From assembly GCA_002269645.1 (NCBI GenBank), contig NIVC01000227.1, positions 496,001-560,000 of the forward strand: DNA of 64,000 nucleotides. Reading direction: 5' to 3'. Made by a program: the position numbers and the translations under genes. Below the pieces are notes generated by a model. It saw only the letters and a list, made by a program, of their open reading frames with translations, was not told the origin of the DNA and made no database searches. Below, piece after piece: positions 38,369-50,103 of the stretch (positions are counted from its first letter, which is position 1; every line of letters begins with the position of its first letter). The stretch comes from Macrostomum lignano (taxonomy: Eukaryota).

Positions 38369-39138
38369 TGAGCAACTGTTACAAATCACAAGTTTAAGTT
38401 TGATGAACGCATAGAATAACGGCTTATCCAGTAAGGCGGGCGGACAAACTTTACAGAGCTACTGATTCCGCGTAGTTTGATAAAAGCCCCATCTACACTC
38501 AACTGGTAAAAGACTACCAAGTAGATTTGAATGAATTTTGGGATGGATAGCTCTGTCCGATTTGGTATAGTACGGGCTGAGGGCGTTTTATTGAGTTGGA
38601 ATTGTCTCAGAGCAGCCCCTTTGGCCCCTTTTTGAATTAACTGTTGAGTTCTGTAGCTGTTCTGCTTCGTGCATCTTATAATTTGCGTCATACAAACTGT
38701 GCAGTTCGAAATACAAGCATTAAATTCGAAAAAAAACTACGAGCGTACTTCAATCCTGTTGCGTGCTGCTAACAACATTTTTCGATAGCAGCCTTTTTTC
38801 AAACCAACTAGAACGAGTTAAATATTTGAAGCAGTAAAAGTTTTTAGTGTCGTTCTATCTGAATGAAGTTTGCTAGTTTGAGTTATGCACTCGGAGAGCT
38901 AAGCAGCGATATTCTCAATCGCAACTTTCGCTCTGTACTCATCAGCTTGTCAAGCATTAGAATCTTGTTACAGCTACAGCTATTAAACTTAATGATGTTT
39001 TTCCGGTTGCAAGTCGATGAGCGTGTATTAAAAACAAGCATCAACCCTGTGCAATGGCCAGATAAAAGTTTCCAGTGCAATTGCTATTATTTAAACACTC
39101 ATAGGAACTATAGCTCTGCAAAGTGAAGACTTACAGCC

Positions 39139-39247
39139 ATGCAGCGTATTAGCTTTTCATTCGCTATGGCAACCGTAATCCTGCTAATGGCCTGTTGCTA
39201 TGGCATCGCCATGGCGGCTAGAAACAATCGGAATTGCGACAACATTA
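39139..39247 (+). CDS. Signal-peptide exon, probable exon 1 of the staphylococcal-nuclease gene
   Basis: MQRISFSFAMATVILLMACCYGIAMAARNNRNCDNI has a basic n-region, hydrophobic core and AMA-like cleavage site. Consensus donor A|GTGAGT at 39248 is phase 1 and matches the phase-1 acceptor at 42769. Confidence 0.7.
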
Positions 39248-41499
39248 GTGAGTATAGTGCTTCGATGTATTTTCTCATTGAAACTTCACAATATAGAACT
39301 GTGGATAGATGTTCACTATGGCTTTTAAGACCCGAAAAATAACTGGGACTAAACTAGATCCTAGGAAGATACCGCGTGGTACCAGGACGTAGCATTTTTA
39401 AAAATGCTACAAAATTATTAGAAGGCCCGCTAGTTGGCATTGCAGCTAAACTTTAAATGATCTTAACTCTGGATCTGTTGCACTTAAAATGAGTGCAACA
39501 TATAGGGCAATATTAAATGTAATGTGACGAATTTAGATCGATTGTGAACGATGTCGATACAGCGTGACGCGCTGAGCGCGTGCTGAGAGTTTATTTAATA
39601 AATTAACAATGAAAATAATATATTCTTAACATTAAAGATAGCAACGAGCGTAGCGTATTAATTGCTAGCGTATAGCGTAGCAATGAGACGGTGTGAAGGA
39701 AGGAGATCGAGAGGGAGCAAGCGCGCGTAAAATAGATTCGAATACATTTTATATACTGCTAGGTATTTCTATGAATTATACGGTATAACAAAAAATGCGT
39801 TAACGCTAAATAGGAAAGTAAAATTTAAGTATAATGTAGAAATAGATTATGAATATTATGCTGTATGATACAAAATAAGAAACAAAGGTGAAATAAAGAA
39901 AGTGACAGCGTCACATTGCATTACTCTATGAAATAATTTTTTGTCACATTGTATTTGTTTTCATGCGCCGGTCAAAGTTAATAAATACCGTGCACCCGTA
40001 TTCAAAATATTTCGCTTTTTGCCCGGCATGTTAGGCTTTCTGTTCTCCGGGGTCTTAATTTATCCGGGGGACACCGCAAAGCAAAATTATTGTCGCTTTG
40101 CGATAACCTACCCTGGATAATCCAAGGCGCAACAAAACCGGGCTTTGAAATATCCTGGGTTTTAAATTGTCCGGGGTGAATAAAGATTGGTGGTCAAGTT
40201 ATTTACCTGATAAAGCGCATGTGAATGGGGCAGGACATCATTTCGAGAGAATGGGGCTGACTCAGAGGCCAGGAAAGGGCCCTGACTGCACCTTAGAGAG
40301 AGGAGGGGCAGATGAGGTGCAGTCTAAGAATAAATCGATAATGGACTGGCGTCACATTGCTAGCACTACAAGCGCACGTGCGATGAAGATCAGTGTACGA
40401 GCTAATAGCCCACAAAGGAAAGTGTTGTGCAAATTACGAGTATATTACACGTAAATTTTTATTTCTTGTCGAAGTTCTACGTTTAGGAAAATTTATCTCT
40501 CGATGGCTAAAGTATCGCTGAACCAAGTGTTTTTTATGTTTTTAACGAGTATGTTGAGCTGCCGGAAAATTCCAGTACGAAAGAGAGAGATAATCTGAAA
40601 CGAAAAATCTGAGAAAAGAGCAAAAACTTCACGCTTCATTCAGCGGATGGCCTGTTTTTGATTGAACGAATTACATGTAGATTGGTGAATCAAGTAACAG
40701 TTTTTTGGCTGACAATGTATAGTATCAATACCTTTAATTTTGCTTCTGTTTGGAGTGTGTGAAATGCAAAATAGTGATTGAAAACACACTCGGTTAAATA
40801 AGCATGACGCAGATGTTTGCCAATTGAAAAAGTAGCAGAAAGTTTTTTCTTACTTTGCTATTCCTAACCCCGGATATCAGTAGCCGGATGTCCTAAAGCA
40901 AACCTCTGTCTCCGCAGACTGACCCCTCTCTTTCAATCTACAGTCGGATGTCCGAAGACAACTTCCCCTTCTTGTGATCTCCGGGCCGGATAGCAGAGTC
41001 AGTGCCGTAGGATGTCCGGGAGACATCTCAAAGTGCCCAGACAATGCAAAGCAATTCAAGATATCCGGGTAGGAGAAAACAAAGCAGGCTTTTTGCTTGG
41101 CAGTATCCGGGCGGATATCGTAAGAGCGTTCGGATATCCGGGCCAGACAAAAAACCCCGGAAAGTCTAAAGTGTAACACCGGCCCCCGCTCGTGCTCGCT
41201 CGGCGGATCGATCGGCCCATTACAAGTAGCATTCAGAATACTGAGCCGATTGAACCTTAGTGGGGTGTTCGTATATTGAATTGTAAGATTGAGTTGAAGT
41301 GTGAACCGATATGTCCGTTGATAAGGGCGCAGGAGGCCCGCGACTATTCTGTAATTTCATGGCTAACTTTGGAAGGAATAATTAAGACTAGCTCTGTAAC
41401 TTTTGTGCACTTAAGTATTAATATTTTAATTGCACCGATCTAAATCTGTAATTCCATATAATAATAAGCAATTTTTTAGTAGATAAATGTAATAGTTAA

Positions 41500-42135
41500 C
41501 TTTTCCAACCTTCAATTCATATATCCTTGATTAAGTGCCCTTCTCAGTCAATATATTTAAAGCTTTGATTGTTGCCAGCGAAACTATATATGTACCTTTC
41601 CGACAATTTTATATGGGGAGGAATCGCAATTTAAGATATCAAAGAGTACACATTTTGGCATCTATTCAAACCATCTCAGGGTACGTCCGATCGACTGGTG
41701 GAAACAGTAGTAGCCTTGGGCCATTATGTTGTATCGCTAACACAGGGATAAGTTAATTGGGATAATTGTCACCGTCAGGGTTGTCTATAAGGGTTGTCTA
41801 AAATTCAGAAATTTTAAGAGGTCTGAGACGTTTAGCCGATATAATAGTAATTTGTATCAAAACCTTAGTCATCGCTAGCTAAGAGTTCGGATACTCGTAG
41901 CCCTTTGTGAGGTAACAGACAGTGAGTCATCGTGAACCATGGCAGGACATTTTGCCGTATTAGTTAGAGTTCGAGTGAAAACAAATTGCCTTTTTATTAT
42001 CGGGGTTTGTTTGAATGATAAGTGAATTGTGGGACCGAATTAATTTGAATTCATTTCTTAGAAACTCTGGAGTTAGTGCAGGGATCGTTATACTCACTGC
42101 AGTAGGAATAGACGCCTTTTACATTTGGTAACAAT
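41500..42135 (+). mobile_element. LTR-like remnant inside the nuclease intron
   Basis: Shares tctcagtcaat...cagcgaa and accatctcagggtac blocks with 44880-45070. Followed by TTACA|TTTGGT (LTR end + PBS-like) at ~42119. Confidence 0.45.
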
Positions 42136-42769
42136 GGTGGGATTTGAAATTCCTATTCTCCTACCGAGTTAGAAACAATTGTACAATTGTTCTCTTTTGG
42201 ATGACGTAATTAGCTAGTTCAGCCTTATATCTACATGTAGGAATGACAGGGGATGTACAGTAAGTAACTGCTATACGCAATATTTCTGGCAGTCGAAAAG
42301 AAATAAATAAGCTGCGATGAATTTCGACTATGGTTTCCGTTGAACTAGCTACCGTTTTCTTGACAAAGTAGCAAACCAGAAAAGCATACAGTTTGGAAGC
42401 TTTAAAAATTGTAATCTGTTCAGTGCTGAATAGGCTGCAAAAAGCTATATAGTCTGCACAAAATCAGCGGGGCAATATTTCCGAAATCTTGGCACACCGG
42501 TGCAACACATGGACTCCCAATATTTAAAGTATTTATTTTGCTGTTCAAACGAACAGTAGAAGTCAAATAAAAACTTTGTACGAGCTACAATATCACTGCT
42601 TTATATTTTGTATTTAAACTCGCCTTTAGAACCTCTATAATATCATAAAAAAACTTGTGAAATAGGAAAAGTATGCCCAATACAACGGTGAATTCGTTTA
42701 GTGAACCTTGACTAGATCATAGCTAACTTGCCTTGTTTTAACTTGTTTTTTTTACTAATTTATTGGCAG

Positions 42770-43212
42770 GAGCTGATGATGAAAATGGAGAGAGCGTCAT
42801 CTGCGGCAGGGTGACATTCGTGAACGATGGTGACACGCTGCGCCTCTCTCCGGACGGCCGCAGAAATTCGGCGTCTCTGCGCATCCGCCTGCTAGAGATT
42901 GACGCGCCGGAACTGAACCAACGGCACGGCGCTGAGGCGCGCGACGCCCTGCGATACATGGCGCCAACCGGCTCGCGCGTCTGCATCTTAATAGACAACG
43001 AGGACATCTACGGCAGACTGCTGGGCCGAGTCTGCCGCGGCGGCGCCGACTTGAATCTGCGCCTGTTGGAGGATGGGCACGTCTGGTGCTATCGGGGCCG
43101 CTGTCGCTCGGCCTACAGGACGGCAGAATTGCAGGCGCGTTCTAGTAGGCGCGGACTTTGGTCGGATCCGACAGCGCAGGCACCCTGGCTGTTCAGAAAG
43201 CAGAAAGGATAG
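42770..43212 (+). CDS. Stand-alone staphylococcal nuclease (thermonuclease/SNase) domain, exon 2
   Basis: VNDGDTL, RIRLLEIDAPE, EDIYGRLLG, LNLRLLEDGHVWCY, AELQARSSRRGLWSDPTAQAPWLFRK match the SNase fold. Preceded by a T-tract, TACTAAT branch point and ttggcag| acceptor. Confidence 0.93.
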
Positions 43213-43959
43213 GCTGGCAAGCATGACGCTGGTGTGGTCAAACTAATACGATGTACTATTAAGAGTAAGATAGTCAAAGAAGAACAATGAGAACGGACTG
43301 ACTGCAAAGCTGCCGGAATTAAAAGCTTCTTTATATTGCAAACTAATTAAAAGCACTGAATTAATACATCGTTATGAAAGATAACACCGGATCTATAAAG
43401 TTTGCTGGCGCAATTATACTATTAAAAATTATCCACCTCTTCACATTACCTAAAAAATGCACAAATAATTTAATGATATACGATTAGACTAGATGCTACT
43501 ATTAGAATACCCATACGAAATAACACCAGTTTTTTGTTCCTGCAAGCTTAATACGAGCTAAAATAAGGAGTCCTCAGGCCACCATGCCCAGTTCTGAGCT
43601 AACAGTCCCGCGTCCGAGTAAGAAGATAACAGAGTCAGGCAGGACATCGCGCACCTGTTAATATAGAGTTTAGAAAGTTTTCCAACGACCGGCTGGGACT
43701 TTTTGCCCAACTGGGCATCAATTTAATTATATTTACTAATTCACTATGTGTTAGGTGGTGTGATCGATACGTAGGGGCACGAAACAAGCGTAGCACAAAA
43801 AAAAACAAAAAACGTTCAAAATCGGAAATCAAATTCAAACACGATTAGATTGAAAATAATACCATGCAAAAAGAGTGTAAAATTGTTAATTCCCTAGAAA
43901 TACATTTTACGAGTACAAAGGGGCGCTTTCGCATAATAGCATCCTCCTACGTGGTTATC

Positions 43960-44690
43960 AACGAGCGGTGTTGCAAAGGTTTCCGGACTGTGTTCACGAG
44001 CAGTGCTACTCGCAAACAGAGAGGGAGTCGCTGGCCATCAAATTCGGTTGCCTCAAATTCCACCACTACCTTAGCCGCTGCCCAAAATTCAAGGTTATAC
44101 CACCGGATTATACCACAAGCCGCTGGTCAGCATGCACAGCCCCACCGCGGATCGAGCGCCTGGCACTTGGCTGCAGTACAAGCCAGGGGCAGACAACTCA
44201 GCAGATTTCTGGGACCGATCGAAGGTCATATGCTGCTAGTGTGCACAAACTACTTTTTACGCTTTTCACTGGTAGATAATTTCGGGGGCGAAAGCAGCAG
44301 CCCAGGTCATCCGAAGCCTCCGAAAGTTGTTCAGGACGCCAGTCAGTTAAGATCACCAACGACAACGGCCCGCTGTTCTTGTCCGCAGAGTTCAACGCCT
44401 ACTTGCGCAGTCAGGGCATCCAACATCATCAGAATGCACCGCTGCATCCCCAACCAAATGGACTCACTCGTGCAGCGATGCATCCGAGGCCTCACTAAGA
44501 CACTCAAAGGGCAGCGACTGGCGGGCGGCACTGGACAACTAACTGGCGAAAACCGCGCCCAACAAAGGGCATGGCCCAAGAGGCCTCCAACCACCAGATC
44601 ACCGAAGGAAACCTCGTCCTCCGCCAGCTCACTAACCGCAGCAAGACCCAACCCCTTTTTCGAGGCCTCGCCTAAACATTATTAGCTCTA
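43960..44690 (+). mobile_element. Decayed Ty3/Gypsy pol (RNase H + integrase fragments)
   Basis: Across frames: YSQTERESLAIKFGCLKFHHYL and PPRIERLAL (Ty3 RNase H); FLGPIEGHMLLV and DNGPLFLSAEFNAYLRSQGIQHHQNAPLHPQPNG (integrase core). Frameshifted and internally deleted. Confidence 0.85.
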
Positions 44691-44699
44691 ACAGACTGT

Positions 44700-45625
44700 G
44701 TTGGTGAGGACACAGGAAGCCGAGCTTATATTTTGTCTTTGTTAATTATTTGGTGTTAAGTCCTTATCAATATTTACTGCTGGTGCGCTAGTTAATTTAT
44801 CGCTCAATAATTACATTCGTCTATTTATTATTATTTCGAAGTCTCAATTTAACTCATTAAGTTCAACTAATCAAATCTTTCTTTGAGAAACGGCTTGTCT
44901 CAGTCAATTTAATCATAGCTTCGATTGGTGGCAGCGAACTACCTTTCGTGATTTATCTAGCTTGGGGTTTAATTATCGATTTAAGAGGGAACTTAATTTA
45001 TCAAGAAATTATCGGTCGCACTCTATCAGACCATCTCAGGGTACCGCTCTTCGGCTGGTGCAGTATAAGCAGTATAGCCTTAGGCCCTATTATCGCAGCT
45101 ACCGTTAATCAAAGTTATTTGGGACCTTTGTCAGCGGAAATAGGGAAACCAGTCACTCCGCCCGTTAAGATTTCGCGGACATTGAGCCCATTTAATCCGC
45201 GCCAGACGCTTAGTCATTACCGGCTAAAAGTCCAAGTGATTCATAGTCTGCAGTCAGACAAAGACCTAGAGAGACAGAGAGCCCAGCGGAAATATAGGAG
45301 TCTAGCGAGACAAAGAGCCCAAGGAATTTATAGGGCGCGCAAGACAATAAGCCCAGCTCGGCTTAGCGCTAGATTTCCGATCCGCAAGAGACTACTCGTG
45401 AGTAGCCGAGTTAGAACTAGGATTAATAATTGACACCGTCAAGTCTTAAAAATTTTAGGTCCGTTACATTTGGTGTTATTAGCGATGGGATTCGATATCC
45501 AAGCGTGAACCTTTTAATAAATTTCTGACCTTTTACATTTAGTGGAATCAGCGTTTGGATTAACGTGAAGTTTCAGCAGCGACTCCCAGACCTTTTACAT
45601 TTGGTTCACAGCGGTGGAATTTAGT
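44700..45625 (+). mobile_element. LTR-like segment with repeated LTR-end/PBS-like junctions
   Basis: Follows the pol relic and is homologous to 41500-41850. TTACATTT(G/A)GT occurs three times (~45465, ~45533, ~45596). Confidence 0.45.
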
Positions 45626-47519
45626 CAGTAACACCGTCACGCATAATTAAGTTAAGACCCTTGTACACTATTATTCATCGCTGAAATGAGAACCAACTTT
45701 TCAGCCTGTCGGGAACTGAATTTTACTAAAGCAACTTCGGTGAACATCTTTAGTTATTACGAGGCTCTTAGAAAGCTTTTGATGTTTGTCGCAATGGCGG
45801 CCGTCAGCGCGTGGAACATCACTGACGAGCTCAGGTTGAATCGAATTTTGAGCGACCCTGCGACAGAGCTGTCCGTAGATCTGAAGAAAATTATGGGTCT
45901 GGTCGGCTAGATGCAAAACCCAAACCGCCAAATGCGATCCGCTGTTAGCGGTGCTGTCACCATCGTAGTTATGGCGGGCAACACAATTTTACTTGTTTCT
46001 AACTTCAATTGATTCGGTGATGGACCTTCCAATGCAGCTCGATAATTTGAGGTAATATTCGTAGACCAATTAAAGCTCTTCAACTTCACTGCGTCATTTT
46101 CTCACTACTTAGTTTAGAGATTATCTCAAAAGTACCTCCAGAAGTAATGTTATTTTGTATCGATAAATCTGTCATGCTTTGTCCAATACTGGACACAATC
46201 TCACATAAAATTCCATTATAACTCGTATAGCTACCTTTGCTACCTGATCATTTTCCCTCACCATGCTATTGCATGGTAAATATGGATACAGTATAGCGCG
46301 TACAAACAAGTAATATCCTGTTTGAAAGTAATAGTTTGCATCTTTGAGTTCATTGATTTGCCCTAAGTGCAGCAGTATGTTGCCTGACGAGCTGTTATTC
46401 TGAGAAAGCGATTTAAGACCGGTGCTTACAATATGGGGTTGCACAATCTTGCCAACAGACACTCGCAGAAGCAGGAGCGGATAGCGGATCTGCGGAACAA
46501 AGACGCTGCACCAACGACCAATTTGCTTTTTAATTTTTCTTGCACAGAAACGCTGCAAAAAATGAAGCTGATATCTATATTAGCTTATATCTGCATGCTG
46601 TCTAGCTAACGAAGTTGGTCCGGTCATCAGCGACCGTGCGGCGTCCAAAATAATACTGCAGCTGACGTCAAGCCAGTCTGATGTCGCTGGCGACAAAAGT
46701 ACTGTCGTTGTAAGCTAGGGGCCTAGCCTCTTGTAAAAACTTGCTAGACATAGATGTAGATATTTGTATTATTTCCATTTAACACCCTTTATTGTATTCT
46801 TCACATGAGCAAGATTGGATGTGAAATTTTAGCGACAAAGTTGCGTTTCTGCTTTAATGGTCCTGCAGGGATGTCTATAGCGTTCCATTTAGCATGTGGG
46901 CAGTCAATATTATGTTTTAGCAGTCTGACAAGAAACACAGAAATATATCACTGCAGAATGGTTTTGCTATTTTTAGTATATTGGATTTTCGTTATAAGCC
47001 CTAATAATAAAAAAAATACCTTTTTAGGCCATTTAGGCCATTGAAAATTTAGGCCATTTAGGCCATTTACCAGTCAGTAAAGCGATATCACCCAACCATT
47101 TACCCTAACAGCACACCTTTAGAGCAGTTAAGCATAGTATCAATGCTGTAGTGTTTAAGAAATCCAATGCGCTTTACAAGTCGATTTTCACTTGAAAATT
47201 ATCTTCTCTACTACCGTTTGTACGTCGTATTAGACGAAAGGGTAAATATATTTTCCCTACTCACAGAAGGCCAACACCACACGCTTCCTAGTGACCCAAA
47301 AAATCTAAAGCACATTACCTGCTTGCACTGCAACAGCAATTGCGTTTATGAGCTTAGTACTTATAATTGTAGAAGATTCGGGTTAAACCCATCAGGTTTG
47401 TCATTGACCCTTCAAATCAATAAACAATTCAGGGTTGAAGGCTTTCTTATACATACTATTTGATTATTATTTCACCTGATGAAAGTGAACCACTCCTATT
47501 TCAAGTCAAAAGTCTCTGA

Positions 47520-48590
47520 CCAGCTCCGAAACAATTGACGTTGTAGTCCGATCCGTGACACTGTAAATTCCTGATGCAACGGTGAGACGATGTTCAAGGA
47601 TGACATGCACAACTACACTACAACGATATTTTAACCAGGTCTGAACAGTTGACGTTGTCGTCGGATCCGTAACATAGCGAATTCCTGATGCAACGGTGAA
47701 ATGCTGTTTAAGGCTGATATGCAGGACTAAACTTCAGAGAAAGATATTGTAACCAGATCAGAATTAATTCAAGTTGTGGTCGGATCCGTGACAATGCAGA
47801 TTCCTAGTGCAACGGTGAGATTTTCAAGGCTGATTTGCAGGACTACACTCCATGCAGAGAAAGATATTGTAACCAGATCTGAAACAGTTGACGTTGATGC
47901 AGTGGTCGGATCCGTGACAGGGCATATTCCTAATGCAACGGTGAGATGTTCGATCAAGACTGATACACAGGACTATATTCCAGAGAAGGATGTTGTAACT
48001 AGATCTGAAACAGTTGACGTTGTGGTCGGATCCGTGACATTGCAAATTTCTGATGCAACGGTGAGACGATGTTCAAGGATAATATGCACAACTACACTAC
48101 AACGATATTTTAACCAGGTCTGAAACAGTTGACGTTGTCGTCGGATCCGTAACATAGCGAATTCCTGATGCAACGGTGAAATGCTGTTTAAGGCTGATAT
48201 GCAGGACTACACTTCAGAGAAAGATATTGTAACCAGATCAGAATTAATTTAAGTTGTCGGATCCGTGACAATGCAGATTCCTAGTGCAACGGTGAGATTT
48301 TCAAGGCTGATTTGCAGGACTACACTCCATGCAGAGGAAGATATTGTAACCAGATCTGAAACAGTTGACGTTGATGCAGTGGTCGGATCCGTGACAGGGC
48401 ATATTCCTAATGCAACGGTGAGATGTTCGATCAAGACCGATACACAGGACTATATTCCAGAGAAGGATGTTGTAACTAGATCTGAAACAGTTGACGTTGT
48501 GGTCGGATCCGTGACATTGCAAATTTCTGATGCAATGGTGAGATGTTCAAGGGTGATATGCAGGACTAGACTCCAGAGAAGGATTGTAGC
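47520..48590. repeat. Higher-order tandem repeat: ~120 bp monomers in a 477-480 bp four-monomer unit
   Basis: GGATCC at 47663, 47782, 47908, 48028, 48143, 48259, 48385, 48505; monomer n matches n+4 almost exactly. Confidence 0.9.
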
Positions 48591-49782
48591 TAGTGACTTA
48601 TATTTGTCGTGTCACTATACATGTATGTTTTTTAAGAAACGTGCATTTGAGAAATTTCTATGGATCACGTATACAAGTACAGTAGTTTATACGACTGTAC
48701 AGTTACAAAGTCATAAAAGTCTACTAATATTGCCCCACTATTCTGAAAATTTCGAATAGTGGGCCAAATAAGAGTATAGAAACGGTCTAGAAACTGATAA
48801 ACAGAAACAATATTTATATAGCAATAAGAACTCAAATTGATACTGTGCTGATAATCCACCCAGACTAAATGTCTTACTTACTAATTCTACTACAACGTAC
48901 GCTTCTCTCGCTGCCGAGCATAGTTAGCTTGCATGGTTATACCGATTATTGAGGTCTCTGTTCGTTCATTTACCTAAAGATACAACAATAGACGCAAGAT
49001 ATAGCTAGAAAGCAGGCTTAGAGCGGATAACTGTGGGAATCGGATCTGATCTAGTGGCTATACATTCCCGACGCAATAATTAAGATTGAGAGCTGTCTGC
49101 ACGGTCGCCACTGAGACAGACATCTTTGTGGTTTTTGCATCCATCCCAAGAGATCAGTCAACGTGGCCGCTACCTGGATATCAATGCGGAAAGTGTGTTG
49201 TTGTTTTAAAAGGCAATAAAATTGAAAACGCGTGACGAAAATAGGGGCATGGGGGACACTCGGACGGACGAGATCCCCGTACCCAGTCCTACTTTATGTG
49301 CTCGTACATGTACATGTAAACCAGGCCAGTGGCTCCGTTTTGATGCAGTTTCGGAAGGCAGACGCCATACAAGTGATGTTATTACTGTCTACTCTGGCTA
49401 CAAGACAGCTACTACAGTCGTTTTTCTACATATTTCCCGACCCGTGTCTCTGATGGGCATTCGCCTCACAAAGGAGATGTCAAAGGTTCGATGCTTGAAT
49501 ATCTACAATTCGATGGATAGTCGCTACGTACTCTACTGTCATGTATAGATTGCACTGAATTCAGTTTAGCTAATTATGAAACCATGCAGTTGTTGCCAGT
49601 GTTGTCTCTCGTCCTCTCGACTTTTTTCGTTCACAAAAGGGCACGTTCCCTTTCATTTCCACTTGCACTTTACTTGACCATGCAGTTGATAAACCAACTG
49701 GGTTGGCGAAGCAAAGGGTGAAACAGTCCCGGCGATTAGCCCTCCTGCCGCTTCAAAGATAAGAGACTGTCTGTTGGCAAGA

Positions 49783-50103
49783 GTACCCGGGGTCTAGTTG
49801 GGGGGGGAGGCTCCTTCGGGTTGCCACGGCCGTGGGGGGGGGGGGCGGTCAAATGACTGGCATTGGCTTATCTAACCCAGGAGTAGGCACGGGCTTCCCT
49901 GAATGGTTCACTCAACCCCCTCTGGCCCCGGGGAGGTTTTTGATATGTACCCGGGGGTGGTGGGCGGTCGGCCCCAGCATGGTTGCCACGGCTCTAGGCC
50001 TTCGGGCCATCCCTAACAGGCTAAGGGGCCTTCTAACCTGGTTTTTGGGCACGGGCTCCTGACTGGTTCGTCGAACCGCTGTCACTGTCTCCCGGGGAGG
50101 TTT
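49783..50103. repeat. Two diverged GC-rich ~164 bp direct copies
   Basis: gtacccgggg...ggttgccacgg...tctaacc...ggcacgggct...tggttc...ccggggaggttt occurs at 49783 and 49947. Confidence 0.7.

Noticed and set aside
42738-43307. Bacterial contamination as the source of the nuclease ORF
   Set aside because: It has a branch point and acceptor with an in-phase upstream donor, no Shine-Dalgarno/ATG start, no neighbouring bacterial genes, and is embedded in host repeats. Long reads should still confirm.
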